From NCBI GenBank assembly GCA_963792965.1, contig CAWBYW010000025.1, positions 1 to 64,000 on the forward strand: 64,000 bases of DNA, written 5' to 3'. Positions 32,538 through 43,532 of this stretch are shown here, one piece after another (position 1 is the stretch's first letter; every line of letters starts with the position of its first letter). A program made the position numbers and the translations under genes. The notes under the pieces are model-generated. The model ran no database searches. It saw only the letters and a list, made by a program, of their open reading frames with translations, and was not told the DNA's origin. The stretch comes from an uncultured delta proteobacterium (GTDB taxonomy: Bacteria; Desulfobacterota; Zymogenia; Zymogenales; Zymogenaceae).

Positions 32538-33653
32538 ATGAAACACTCGATCGACCTGACGCCTTTTACCCGGGCCGTCAGCACCAAGACGGAGCGGCTG
32601 CGTCGCACTGCCAAAGACCGAAAGATTTTCGGTTGGTTCTGCACCTACACCCCCATCGAGATGATCCATGCGGCGGGTTTTTTGCCCGTGCGGATCTCGG
32701 GCGGCACGGTGCGCATCAAGACCGCCAATAACCTTGTGCCGACCTTCATCTGCCCCTACATGCGCGCGTCTCTGGAGCGGGCCCTCGGCGGCGAGTACGA
32801 TTACCTCTCCGGGGTGATCCAGGGATACACCTGTGACGTGGCGTGCGGGATGGTCAACGTCTGGGCCGAGAACATCAAAGGCGAGCTCTCCCATACCATC
32901 CCCCTCCCCTACAACACGAGCAAAGAGTCGACCATATTCTACCGTAAGACCCTTGAGGAGCTGACCGGGAAGCTCGCGTCCGTCGGCGGCGCCATGGATG
33001 ACGCCTCGCTCGGCACATCCCTTGACCTGTTCCGCGACATCCGGACGTCCATGCGCAGCCTCTACGCGCTTCGCTCCCGTAACAGGCTTGCACTATCCGC
33101 CCGGGAGTTTTATACCGTGGTCGAGGCGGGCTTTTCACTGCCGCCCGAGGAGTACCGCACGATGCTGGCCGCGCTTCTTGAGTCGCTCGGGGACGGAGTC
33201 GCTGAAGGCCCCGAGGGGATCCCGGTGCTCGTCTCGGGCAGCCTCGTGGAGGAGCCGGCCGTCTACGACATCCTGGAGGCGTCGGGCGGACGCGTGGCCG
33301 CCGACGACCTCTGCACGGGATACCGTTTCATCGACCCACCGGACGGTACGGGCCCGGACCCGATCGGGAGGCTGGTCGACCGATATCAGCGGCGCTTTCC
33401 GTGCCCGTCACGATCGACCGCCGCCGACCGGATGCCACCGATGAAGGAGATCATCTCTCGCTCGGGGGCACGTGGAGTGATCTTTCTCTTCCAGAAATTC
33501 TGCACCCCGCATCTTTCGGACTATCCCGTCATGGTCGAGGAATTAAGAAAGGAAGGCATCCCGACCCTCCTTGTCGAGATGGAGGAGACAGGGCTTGGCG
33601 AGGGTCAGCTGAAGACCCGACTTGAGGGCTTCTTTGAGATGATCGGAGGCTGA
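32538..33653 (+). CDS. 2-hydroxyacyl-CoA dehydratase family subunit (HgdB/FldC/BcrC-like)
   Basis: CTYTPIEMIHAAG, DDLCTG, KFCTPH and GQLKTRLEGFFEM. Confidence 0.85.
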   Translation: MKHSIDLTPFTRAVSTKTERLRRTAKDRKIFGWFCTYTPIEMIHAAGFLPVRISGGTVRIKTANNLVPTFICPYMRASLERALGGEYDYLSGVIQGYTCDVACGMVNVWAENIKGELSHTIPLPYNTSKESTIFYRKTLEELTGKLASVGGAMDDASLGTSLDLFRDIRTSMRSLYALRSRNRLALSAREFYTVVEAGFSLPPEEYRTMLAALLESLGDGVAEGPEGIPVLVSGSLVEEPAVYDILEASGGRVAADDLCTGYRFIDPPDGTGPDPIGRLVDRYQRRFPCPSRSTAADRMPPMKEIISRSGARGVIFLFQKFCTPHLSDYPVMVEELRKEGIPTLLVEMEETGLGEGQLKTRLEGFFEMIGG

Positions 33654-33655
33654 CA

Positions 33656-34909
33656 ATGGAAAAGACCCGGAAATCGACCAAAAGGCTTGCGACGGCAAAA
33701 GAGCTCAGGGAGGTCGTCGCACAGTTTTACCTCGAGGGCCACGAGGCCAAACGCATCGGGAAGCCCGTCGGCTGGATGCCGCCGATGAACGGCCTCATCG
33801 AGATCTTCTACGCCATGGATCTCATGCCGGTCTTCCCGGAGAACTGGTCGCCGGTCTGCGCCGCCTTTGGGCTGACCGGAGAGGACTTCGAGCTCGCCGA
33901 ATCGATGGGTTACTCTCGCGACCTCTGCGGGTACCTGAGGAATATCGTGGGCTACATACACGGGATGATCGGCCGGGACGGCGTCCCGCTCGGAGGCCTG
34001 CCGGAGCCCGATATCGTTTTCACCGCCGGGGCGGGATGCATACCGGCCATGAAGATCCTTCAGCTCATCGCGCGACGTTTTCCGAACGCGAAGGCCTTCA
34101 GGGCCGATCTCCCCCAGGTTCCCATCGAGGACATAAAGCAGTTCCACATCGACTATACCGTCAGCGAGATACACCGCATCATCAAATTCCTCACCGAGGT
34201 GACGGGGAAGAAGATGGACTACGATCGGCTCGCCGAGACGGTCCGGCTCTCGGATCAGGCCTGCGCCCTCTGGGACGAGATCACGAGCTACCGGACGAAT
34301 ATCCCCACACCACTGTCGGCCGCGGAGATAGGGATCATGTTTGTCATGGTCACCCGACAGGGCACCCAGATCGCCGTCGACTACCTCACAAAGGTTCGCG
34401 ACGAGGTGAAAGAGCGCGCCCGTCAGGGGATCGGGATGATCGAAGAGGAAAAGGTCCGCCTCTTCTGGGACAACATCCCCCTCTGGTACAACATGGGGCT
34501 TTTCAACTACTTCGAGAAGATGGGCGGGGTCGTGGTGGCCGAGACCTATTCGGCGGCCTGGTCGATCAGGCTTGACGTCGATCATCCAATCGAGGCCCTC
34601 GCGATGAAGTCGCTGATGTCCTACCCGATGGTCTCCTGCGTCTCCATGAAGCGGAGAAAGGAGATGGTGATCAAGGCCTGCCGCGACTATAAGATCGACG
34701 GGGCGCTGCTTCACTCCAATAAGTCATGCGTGCCCATCACGATGGGCCAGATGGATATCAAGCGGGCGCTTCAGGAAGAGCTTGGGATACCGTCAGTGGT
34801 GATTGACGCCGACCACATGGACGCCCGGAATTTTTCGGTGGCCCAGTTCGAGACGCGTGTCGACGCGTTCATGGAGATGTTGCTGGAAAAGAAGGGGCTG
34901 AGGGCGTAG
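33656..34909 (+). CDS. 2-hydroxyacyl-CoA dehydratase family subunit (HgdA/FldB/BcrB-like)
   Basis: FPEN, GYSRDLCGY, HSNKSC and QFETRVDAFME. Confidence 0.85.
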   Translation: MEKTRKSTKRLATAKELREVVAQFYLEGHEAKRIGKPVGWMPPMNGLIEIFYAMDLMPVFPENWSPVCAAFGLTGEDFELAESMGYSRDLCGYLRNIVGYIHGMIGRDGVPLGGLPEPDIVFTAGAGCIPAMKILQLIARRFPNAKAFRADLPQVPIEDIKQFHIDYTVSEIHRIIKFLTEVTGKKMDYDRLAETVRLSDQACALWDEITSYRTNIPTPLSAAEIGIMFVMVTRQGTQIAVDYLTKVRDEVKERARQGIGMIEEEKVRLFWDNIPLWYNMGLFNYFEKMGGVVVAETYSAAWSIRLDVDHPIEALAMKSLMSYPMVSCVSMKRRKEMVIKACRDYKIDGALLHSNKSCVPITMGQMDIKRALQEELGIPSVVIDADHMDARNFSVAQFETRVDAFMEMLLEKKGLRA

Positions 34910-34994
34910 TCTCGACAGGTTCGAGAATACCCTACACAAACACGCGAGGGCGGCCGGTCGGCCGCCCCCGTTCTTTATCACGTATAGGAAGGGA

Positions 34995-35568
34995 CTATTG
35001 GTCCCTTCCTATTTCTCTTCGTATCTTTCCCAGTGCACGAACTCCTTGACTTCTTTGCGATGGGGGCTTCCCCCCACCACGGCGGGGTAGCCCAGCGGGC
35101 GTCAGTGCGACCACACGCATCCCTTTCGGGACATCGAGGATCGCCTCGGCCTTGAACGCGTCCATCAATCCCACGTGCACGGTCCCAAGCCCCAGACCCC
35201 CACGCGGCAAGGCACAGGTTCTGCATCGCGACTCCCACGTCATACATGAACCAATCTCCCTTGTCGGTGACCGCGCTTTCTTTATAGAAGCCGGCAAGCC
35301 CCTTCTTTGCCAAGGCGACCACGACCGCCGGCGCCTCGGCGACGCCCCTCTTTGCGGGATTACCCTGGGCAAGCACCTCCCCGGCGATCCGCTCCTTGGT
35401 CTCCTTGTCTTTTACGACGATGAATTCCCAGCACTGGGTGTTGGCCCACGACGGCGCCCATCGGGCGGCCTCGAGGACCTCGGCCATGATGTCATCGGGT
35501 ATCGGGTCGGGCTTGAACCGGCGGACGCTCCTCCGGGTCTTGATCGCCTCCATCACATCCATATACAT
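34995..35568 (-). CDS. Nitroreductase family protein (frameshifted)
   Basis: RRSVRRF, APSWANTQCWEF, QNLCLAA; GLGTVHVG lies in a shifted frame. Confidence 0.85.
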
Positions 35569-35697
35569 ACCTCACTGTTCGGATCGAGTATCGATAGGAA
35601 GAAAACTCATATCACAACGGGGAAAACGTGTCAATGACAATAGGTGATGTGACTATTGCAGGAAATAATACGAAGAGGCAGAGAACCGTCGGCTCGC

Positions 35698-37438
35698 TCA
35701 GCGTAATAAATACCAGACCGACCCGATGATCCCCGCCAGGATGAACTCGAAATCCACCACCACCTCAAAGGTGATCCCCTGGAAGATCACCCGACGGTGA
35801 TAGAGCCAGAGTGCGAAAAGCGCGTACCCCGGAATGACGAGGAGCCACCAGCCGAGGGGCGCGATCATCCCGACAACGCAGGATGCCGCCAGCAGCGCCG
35901 CCGCGGCGATCGTGAGGACCACCACAAGCCGCTGGGTCCACTGTTTACCGATGATGATGGGGATCGTCTCCCTCCCGACGACGGCGTCTCCCTGGATGTC
36001 CCTGATATCGTAGAGGGAGGCCCGGATGAAGACGAGAAGGAAACAGAACAGGAAGACCGAAAGGAACGTGGTAACGGAGATGTGGGATTGTTCGGAAAGG
36101 TACGGCACCGCCGCCGAGACCCCCGCCCAGGCTCCCGCCACGAAGAAGGTCTTGGATGCGGGGATATCCTTGAGGCGACGGTAGCGCAGGTACGACGAGA
36201 CGGGTTTCGGGACGACCTTCACCGAAAACGCCACCCCCAGAAGTACCGCGGCCAGGACAAGCACACCGATGACCGGTGAAAGCAGCCAGGCAAGTCCCAC
36301 CGAGCCGAGGCAGCTCACGACCGCGGCGACAAGCAGGCCACGATGCCTGCCGGCGTAGAGCCGCTCGCGGGCGGGGTCGTTAAACCTCATCCCCTCCGTA
36401 TCGGCCGCCCGGTTGATGACGTGCATCGCAAAGATGTAGAGTCCCGATATGAAAGGTATCGTCCAAAACGACTCGACGCCCATCAGGAGGGCCGCCGCGG
36501 CGGCAAGCCCCCCGGCGGCAAGGCCCGCATAGAGGTAGCCGAGCACCACGAACCGAACGAGGCTGGTGAGCCGCCTGAAAAGCCGCGTCCCCCCGCTCCC
36601 GTCGATATCGGCCAGGGCATCGCATACCTTCACGATTACCCAGTTCGGCGTGGAGGCCCCGGCGGTCAGACCCACCGTCTTGAAGCCGGTGAACTTCTTC
36701 GGGTCAAGCTCCGTCTCGTCCTCAATATGAAAGGAGGGTATGCCGCTTGCCCGCGCCGCCTCATAGAGGCGCTTCGTATTGCCGCTGTCTTTACCCCCCA
36801 CCACGACGATCGCATCGACCCTTTTGGTGAGCTCTTTGACCTCGTCCTGGCGTCGCTTCGTCGAGTCACAGAGGGTATCGACCGCCTCGAGTAGTGCGTT
36901 TGGATAGCGGGCCGCGATCGCCTCGAGAATCCGCCTGAACATTTCCTGGCCGAAGGTGGTCTGCGCCACCACCAGGACACGGTCCGCGTCCGGAAGGCCC
37001 GCGGCTTCTTCGGGGCTGCCCACAACCACGCCCCTCCCCTCGGTGTAGCCGAGTATGCCGGAGACCTCCGGGGTGGTCCCTGTCCCCCACCACCACGACG
37101 AGATAGCCCTGCTTATGGTGCTTCTTTGCCGCGGCGTGGATCTTCATGACCTTGGGACAGGTGGCGTCGACGATCTTCAGACGCGTGGCCCTGATACGCT
37201 CCCTATCCTGCGGAGATATTCCGTGGGCGCGGATGACGATCGTCCCCTCTTCTTGGGGAAGATGGGTGATCGAGGTGACGCCCTTTTCCCTGAGGAGCCG
37301 CACCACCTGGGGATTGTGAATCAGCGGCCCGTAGGTATATATCGGCCCCTTCTCCCTCCTCAGGGTCGTAAAGGCCTTATTCATTGCCTGCCGGACCCCC
37401 ATGCAGAAGCCGGCGCTATTGGCGACGATAACTCTCAT
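35698..37438 (-). CDS. ispH: HMBPP reductase IspH fused to UbiA-like prenyltransferase domain (frameshift near 37075)
   Basis: AGFCMGV, IHN, RAHG, DATCP, QTT, LCDST and TAGASTP, continuing in frame into a multi-TM domain with N-D and YDIRDIQGD motifs. Confidence 0.9.
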
Positions 37439-37698
37439 AACGTTTCAGGCAAAAGAGGGAAGTAATCTCGGGCTCACGAGGAGAATGAAAAAGGCCCCTC
37501 GATCCGCTCCGCTTCTCGGCGGGGGAGTAGTTCCCCCCGCGCGCGTCAATGGTCTATTGTATCATGGAACGGGACGAGGTAGGCCGAAAAAGTCGTCCCA
37601 AGGTACGCCTCCCAGGGTCCGGAAATTGCCGTTTTGGACTTGATTAATGGGATGAAGACGGGTAGTATACCCCCATACAAAAGGAGGAACCCGAAGAT

Positions 37699-38016
37699 AT
37701 GTATGTGCTGGCAAACCTCATCTACGCCCTGGCCGTGGTGCTCGATTACGCGATAACCGCCTATATCTGGATTATCATCATCCGCGCGCTCATCTCCTGG
37801 GTCAATCCGGACCCGTACAATCCCGTCGTCCGGTTCCTCTCTGCCGTGACCGATCCGGTGCTCGATCCGATCCGAAAAAGGCTTCCGTATCTCGGAGGAA
37901 TCGACATCTCGCCCGTGATCGTGATCCTGATCCTCGTTTTCCTGCGTTACTTCCTCGTGCCGACGTTGATGCGCTTTGCCGTGAGCCTCGGGTACACCAG
38001 CTTCTTCGGGCTCTAA
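37699..38016 (+). CDS. yggT: YggT family membrane protein
   Basis: SWVNPDPYNPVVRFL...GGIDISP. Confidence 0.9.
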   Translation: MYVLANLIYALAVVLDYAITAYIWIIIIRALISWVNPDPYNPVVRFLSAVTDPVLDPIRKRLPYLGGIDISPVIVILILVFLRYFLVPTLMRFAVSLGYTSFFGL

Positions 38017-38316
38017 ATGCTCAAGATCACCGAAAAGGGAGACGTCCTTATCCTGACCCTGTCGGTAAAGGCCGGGGCGCGGCACAACCGTGTCGTCGGA
38101 GAAAAGGACACAACCCTGTCGGTTGAGGTGACCGCCCCGCCCGTCGAGGGGAAGGCCAACAAGGCTGTCTGTATGCTGATTGCCGACTCGCTCGACGTGG
38201 CCCCCTCACGGGTGGCGATCGTCTCCGGTGAAAAATCGAAGCTCAAGAGGGTCTCGATATCGGGGGTTTTGCGCGCCGATATCGAGCGCCTCGGCGGCAC
38301 AGCTACTCGGACTTGA
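38017..38316 (+). CDS. DUF167 (YggU) family protein
   Basis: VTAPPVEGKAN and IVSGEKSKLK. Confidence 0.9.
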   Translation: MLKITEKGDVLILTLSVKAGARHNRVVGEKDTTLSVEVTAPPVEGKANKAVCMLIADSLDVAPSRVAIVSGEKSKLKRVSISGVLRADIERLGGTATRT

Positions 38317-38491
38317 CCTTCTTCAGGTCGATGTCGGCCTTCTTGATTTCCCGGGCCAGGATGTTAAACATCGCCCCGAGTCCTTCGGCAAAACCTTCCG
38401 GGCTCTTTGCCGCGATCTCGATCTTGTCGGCAAACGCCACCATGATGTCCTTGGCGATCTCGAGATAGAGCCCATCTTTCGTTTCGGTCAT
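38303..38491 (-). CDS. Small hypothetical protein
   Basis: AAGGAGG RBS before MTETKDGLYLEIAKDIMVAF. Confidence 0.6.
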   Translation of the reverse strand: MTETKDGLYLEIAKDIMVAFADKIEIAAKSPEGFAEGLGAMFNILAREIKKADIDLKKVKSE

Positions 38492-38531
38492 CGGTTCCTC
38501 CTTACAAGTAGTGTCGTTTGGGATTGTCGCG

Positions 38532-39959
38532 TCATCTGCCCGCCCGTCGCTGTGCATCTAGTTGGACGCTGAAATAGAATCCTGTAGTCGGCCGGGGCGC
38601 ATTCCCGTTCCTTTCCGGAAAGCTACCCGTCCATTCTCTCCATGTCCGCGAAGGCTCGCCGGGATATTCTATGAATCTCCTCTCGAGGCTTGCCGACGCA
38701 TCCGCCCCGACGTCCCGCGGCGCTACGCCCACGCCGATCCGCTCCGTTCGGCGAATCAGATAGAGCAGGAAAACGATAAGAAAGACAAGGATCACGATGA
38801 CGATAATTCTGGCTTTCCTCCCTTTGGGCGGCGGGATTCTTTCTCCCCTGAGCTCGGCGACTCGCCGCTCGAGGCTCGGGTGAGACGCCTTTTCCGATCC
38901 CTTCTTATCGAACCGGCGGGGGAGCATGTTGAGATCATAGATCTTCTCCAGCGCCGCGATTATCGGCTCGGGCCCTCCCATCAGCTCGGCCGATACCAGG
39001 TCGGCCGTCTTCTCGTACCGCCTGCTCAGCGCCTGAATCCCCATCAGCAATAGGAAAAAGAAGACGATGGTGACAAGAATCGGCACGATGAACGTGTCGA
39101 TGCCCGCCAGGATAAACGCGACACGCGGCACGACGACCCAGATCGCAACGACGAAAAGCGCATAGAGCGAAAGGAAGAAGAACGTACGTGACTTTATCGT
39201 CTTCAGGTGTCCGATCTCGTGGGCGGCCACGGCTGAGACCTCCTCGCGCCCAAGGACGTTGATCAACGGCCGTGTGATGTAGACGATCCTGCCGGGCGCG
39301 GCAAAGGCATTCAGGAAGGGGTAGCCGAAGGTTTCCATGATGAGGGTCTTCACCCCATCGATGCCCGCCTTCCGGGCAAGGGCCGAGACATCCTGCGCAA
39401 TCGCCTCCTCATCGCCCGCCCATACGAGTGCCCCCGTTACGTAGCCGACAAGCCTCATCTGGTAGAGGGACGCCAGGACGAACAGGGCAATACCCCCGAT
39501 CATCACGCCGATACTCACCCACAAGATCGCGCCGTCCGGGCCCACAAAACCCAGCGGATAGTAGAGTAACGCAAGGGCCACAAAAAGCGAGAGCCAGCGG
39601 GAAAAGAAAAAGAAGAGCTGGAATCTGATGTATCCCCCAAGGTCAAAATCGATCCCCCGCACCCGCCGATCAACGAGCCCTAAGACGATCATGAAGGGTA
39701 CAAACGTGACGATGACAAAGAGATACGAGATAAGTATCTTTGCCAGGGCGCCGAGGAAACCCGCGCCTAATGCGATCGTGACGAGTCCCCCGATCACGCA
39801 GATCAGATGGATGCTGTTGGCTCGGCTGACCACTTTCCAGCGTTTCCGCGCCCGCACCTCTCTGTCGTCGGGCATCCTTCGTAATGCCAGGAGATATGCC
39901 GCCAGCACGAAGGCGGAGGGTAAGAGCACCGCAACCGGAATAAGCCACAGGTAGTTCAT
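38532..39959 (-). CDS. M48 family zinc metalloprotease, multi-TM
   Basis: NAFA, HEIGH, EKTAD and SHPSLERR. Confidence 0.9.
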   Translation of the reverse strand: MNYLWLIPVAVLLPSAFVLAAYLLALRRMPDDREVRARKRWKVVSRANSIHLICVIGGLVTIALGAGFLGALAKILISYLFVIVTFVPFMIVLGLVDRRVRGIDFDLGGYIRFQLFFFFSRWLSLFVALALLYYPLGFVGPDGAILWVSIGVMIGGIALFVLASLYQMRLVGYVTGALVWAGDEEAIAQDVSALARKAGIDGVKTLIMETFGYPFLNAFAAPGRIVYITRPLINVLGREEVSAVAAHEIGHLKTIKSRTFFFLSLYALFVVAIWVVVPRVAFILAGIDTFIVPILVTIVFFFLLLMGIQALSRRYEKTADLVSAELMGGPEPIIAALEKIYDLNMLPRRFDKKGSEKASHPSLERRVAELRGERIPPPKGRKARIIVIVILVFLIVFLLYLIRRTERIGVGVAPRDVGADASASLERRFIEYPGEPSRTWREWTGSFPERNGNAPRPTTGFYFSVQLDAQRRAGR

Positions 39960-40144
39960 TCAAAACATCCACGGGATTTTTTCTATAGTACGATGAAGGC
40001 CCGTGTCTTGTCAAGGCAAAGGAAACGTCTGATACGCCTGCGCGTAAGCCCGGAACACGAGCGGATAGTTTTGCGAAAAGGGGGATTTTCTGATACTATG
40101 ATAGATAATCTTGAGCCGACCCCATCTCCCCGAGAGGAAGAGAC

Positions 40145-41062
40145 ATGCCCGACACCACCCATACACGCCCGCCCATCGAAACGGGCGATAGGCGCGACGC
40201 CGGCAGGTCTCTCATCACCGTCCTTTCGGGCCTTGCTGCCCGCAAGACCCGCGAGTTTGCCGACCGGCTCGTCGCGAGCCACGCCGCGATCCCCGAGCGG
40301 ACCATGAGGACCAAGCGTCTTTCCCAGAAACTCGCCGCCGTCCCCGACGGGCTGCTGGTCGACGTCATCAACGATGTCGTTAATAACGCGCGCTCAGGCG
40401 ACATCAAGAGCGCTCAGTTCATACTCTCGGCGGTGGATATCTTCATCGACCCGGCTGTTCCCTCGATGCGGCTCCTTTCCCTCTATCACCTTTCGATCAG
40501 CCGGGGATATACGCTGGCGGCCAACATCTTCATGTCACCTCTACCCAAGAAAAAGCCGTACGGAGAATATGATTTCGTGGAAGGAAGGGATATGGACTAC
40601 CTGACCCTCGGCGAGAAGCGGAGCCTTGCCCGAACCCACGTGAAAGACAGGCTCGACCGTCTCCTCTACGACACGAGTCCCCTTGTGGTGAGAAACCTTC
40701 TCGAAAACCCGACGGTAACTCTCCGGGACATCCTGAAGATGGTCTCCCGGCGGCCAAACAGCGAAAACGTTCTCGCCACCGTCTATCGGAGCGACCGATG
40801 GGTTTCCTCATACGAGGTGAAGTGCGCCATCGTCAGGAACCCCTATACGCCGGTGGCGCTGGCATTAGGCCTCCTCTTCTTTCTCAAGGAGCAGGACCTA
40901 AGGGAAGTATCGACGGACAAGGGCCTGCACGATGTGATCACGGACACCGCACGTGCGCTGCTCGCGCGTCGTGGGAGCAAGCATACGATCGGAAACTCCC
41001 GGGCCCATCGTAAAACCCTGACTCCGCTCCCGGTCCGAGAACGGGCCTACCCTGCCCTCTGA
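40145..41062 (+). CDS. Hypothetical protein with HEAT/LRV-like repeats
   Basis: LTLGEKRSLAR, VVRNLLENP and AIVRNPYTP repeats. Confidence 0.7.
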   Translation: MPDTTHTRPPIETGDRRDAGRSLITVLSGLAARKTREFADRLVASHAAIPERTMRTKRLSQKLAAVPDGLLVDVINDVVNNARSGDIKSAQFILSAVDIFIDPAVPSMRLLSLYHLSISRGYTLAANIFMSPLPKKKPYGEYDFVEGRDMDYLTLGEKRSLARTHVKDRLDRLLYDTSPLVVRNLLENPTVTLRDILKMVSRRPNSENVLATVYRSDRWVSSYEVKCAIVRNPYTPVALALGLLFFLKEQDLREVSTDKGLHDVITDTARALLARRGSKHTIGNSRAHRKTLTPLPVRERAYPAL

Positions 41063-41071
41063 GTTTCTCTT

Positions 41072-41236
41072 CTATTTGGGAGTGATGTCGATCTCGTCCT
41101 CACCCTTCAGGGACTTCTTGAAGTTCCTGATCCCCTTGCCGATGCCGGCCCCGATCTCGGGAATCTTTCCGGCACCGAAGACGAAGACGACGATAATAAG
41201 GATGATAAGAAGCTCACCGAAACCCAATCCGAACAT
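41072..41236 (-). CDS. tatA: Second TatA/E (54 aa, missed by ORF track)
   Basis: [54 protein letters not shown], with a GAGG RBS. Confidence 0.9.
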   Translation of the reverse strand: MFGLGFGELLIILIIVVFVFGAGKIPEIGAGIGKGIRNFKKSLKGEDEIDITPK

Positions 41237-41314
41237 ACTTTTCCTCGTGATAACCCGACCGGAACAATCCGCACATCAGGCACGGCCTGCCGGTAGGGTA
41301 AGTAGATTGTCAAG

Positions 41315-41412
41315 TGGCGGAAGCGCATGGGAATCGAACCCACCTTGGACGTTTTTAGCGCCCATCACCGGATTTGAAGTCCGGGAGGCCCACCAGTGAC
41401 CTTTCCGCTTCC
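41315..41412 (-). tRNA. selC: tRNA-Sec (TCA)
   Basis: 98 nt: GGAAGCG...CTTCAAA anticodon loop, long variable arm and GTGGGTTCGATTCCCAT...GCTTCCGCCA. Confidence 0.95.
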
Positions 41413-41653
41413 ACTTCTTATTATATGGAAAGTAATCGAGCGGAGTCAATGCATTTCAGAGATTATTGAGCCGATTACGGGTAACGTCGGATTGCCGACC
41501 CATTGGCAATCGCCACGGTCTCAAGAAAGGGACTATCTGTACCGATTGGTAATCTGTGAAAGGCTTGCTCTGGCGGCATCATGCACAGGAAGGGGCGCCC
41601 CCTTTTATGGGGGCGCCCCTCTTCTTACCCGATTTTGCTTTCTCACCCTTCCG

Positions 41654-42862
41654 CTATCTATCCCTGAACTTCATCCCCTCGTCGCAGTTGATAATCCCGG
41701 GCTCGATGGGGAGCTTACTGAGCACCTCGTTGCCCGTCTCCGTGATCACCAGCGGCCGCTCCATCCGGAAGCCCGCCACGCCGGGGCGGTTCATGATCAC
41801 CGCGATCATCTGCATATAGCCCGGCTCGAGGATGAAATCCGGCTCGTTGTTTCCCGGCGACGGCGTTTCGGCCACGCAGGGGTACCACTCGTTTCCGAGG
41901 TGCCCGATGCCGTGCCCGTAGCCGGGCAGCGCCCACGCGCTCCAGTTGTTCTTTGCCACAAATTCGTGGACGGCAAGGGTCACCTGCTTGAGGCTCTTTC
42001 CCGGCTTCATCTCGTCGATGAGCTTGTAGGCCGTCTCCGTATAGGCCGTCATGACCTCCCGCTGCTCCTTCGTGGGTTTGCCCATGATGTAGTTGTGGGA
42101 GACGTCGCCGAGGAAGAGGCCGTACATCCCGTGCAGGTCCACGAGGACCGGCTCGCCCAGCTGCACGAGACGGTCGGTGGCGGGGGTGCACCCCCCGAGC
42201 GGCCACCAGGTGCGCTCGCCCGAGGCGATCTCCTGGCCGCCCGTGAACGTCCAGGCGAACTCGCTGCCGGCGTCCCGCATCACCTTCTCCGCGATCCCGG
42301 CGATCTGTTTTTCGCTCATGCCGATGGTGAGTCCCTGCCTGACCGCCTCGTGGGCCTTGTCGACGATGGCGGTGGCCTGCCGCATCAGCTTGATCTCGGC
42401 CGGCTCCTTGATGATGCAGAGACGATCGGTGATCTCGACGCAGTTGACGAACTCGGCCTTCGGGAAGGCGGCCTTGAGCGTCTCGTACTCGTGGTGGGTG
42501 ATGAACCCCTCGGGGAGGTAGTTTGTGGTGCCGTCCTCATAGCCGATGGTGCCGCCGTCGCCGGCGATGTCGGCGATCTTCGTTTTGATGACGTCAAAAA
42601 AGTCGATCCCCGGCAGCGCCCCGTAGCCGGCCACGTCTTCGATCCAGCTCTCATCTTTGAGCCGCCCGAAGTCCAACAGCGGCGTGACGAGCGTCGGCTC
42701 ACCCTTGGCCGGAATGATCAGCGCGCTCCTCCACGGGACGAACCCCCCCGACCAGTGGGTGATCGTCTTCAGGCGCGTCCCGACCAGCACGTCCACCCCC
42801 TTTTTTGAAAGCTCCTCCTGGATCTTCTTGATCCGCTTGGGGAAATTGATGTAGACCATCAT
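41654..42862 (-). CDS. Xaa-Pro peptidase family (M24)
   Basis: Creatinase-like N-domain, IKEPAEI, GHGIG and GFRMER. Confidence 0.9.
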   Translation of the reverse strand: MMVYINFPKRIKKIQEELSKKGVDVLVGTRLKTITHWSGGFVPWRSALIIPAKGEPTLVTPLLDFGRLKDESWIEDVAGYGALPGIDFFDVIKTKIADIAGDGGTIGYEDGTTNYLPEGFITHHEYETLKAAFPKAEFVNCVEITDRLCIIKEPAEIKLMRQATAIVDKAHEAVRQGLTIGMSEKQIAGIAEKVMRDAGSEFAWTFTGGQEIASGERTWWPLGGCTPATDRLVQLGEPVLVDLHGMYGLFLGDVSHNYIMGKPTKEQREVMTAYTETAYKLIDEMKPGKSLKQVTLAVHEFVAKNNWSAWALPGYGHGIGHLGNEWYPCVAETPSPGNNEPDFILEPGYMQMIAVIMNRPGVAGFRMERPLVITETGNEVLSKLPIEPGIINCDEGMKFRDR

Positions 42863-42895
42863 GGCGATGCCTCCTGTCCTTGTTGCGAACAACGA

Positions 42896-43531
42896 TCAAC
42901 ACGACACACGTGATTGACCCTTTAAACTCCGATACACCTCCATCCCCTTGTCCGTCAGGACCCCCCGGATGGCGATGTCGACAAACTGATCGAACACCTC
43001 GCGGCCGCTGGTAGTCCGGGTCTCGATGTAGCTGCCCACGATGAACATCTTATAGACCGAAAAGAAGAGGTGACTCACGCGATCGATATCGACGGGCCGA
43101 AGGAGCCCTGCCGCCTGTCCCTCCGAAAGCAGGCGATGGATCATCGCCTTGGACGCATCATTGATCGTCTCGAAGCTGTCCCCGGAAAAGAGGGGGAAGA
43201 TGCCGGGATCGTTCTTGAGCATGGCGGCAAATTCCGGGTCTCGGGAGAGGTAGTCAAAGCTCGCGTGGGAGAGGACAACGAGGGCCGCGAGGGGGTTTGT
43301 CTCTTCTTGGGCCGCCGAAAAGGCCGCTTCCTGCCACCGCAAGAGCCCCCGGGCCGCCGCCGCCTCATAGAGCGCGCGTTTATCCTCAAAATAGCGGAAG
43401 AGCGCGGCGGGCGTGATGCCGATGAGGTCGGCAATATCGGCAAGGGAGGTCTTTTTATAGCCGAATCGGGCAAAGAGGCCGATGGCGGCGTCGAGTATCT
43501 CTTCTTTTCGGGGTGAATTGTCCTTTGCCAT
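42896..43531 (-). CDS. TetR/AcrR transcriptional regulator
   Basis: ILDAAIGLFARFGYKKTSLADIA...ALFRYFEDK. Confidence 0.95.
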   Translation of the reverse strand: MAKDNSPRKEEILDAAIGLFARFGYKKTSLADIADLIGITPAALFRYFEDKRALYEAAAARGLLRWQEAAFSAAQEETNPLAALVVLSHASFDYLSRDPEFAAMLKNDPGIFPLFSGDSFETINDASKAMIHRLLSEGQAAGLLRPVDIDRVSHLFFSVYKMFIVGSYIETRTTSGREVFDQFVDIAIRGVLTDKGMEVYRSLKGQSRVSC

Positions 43532-43532
43532 A

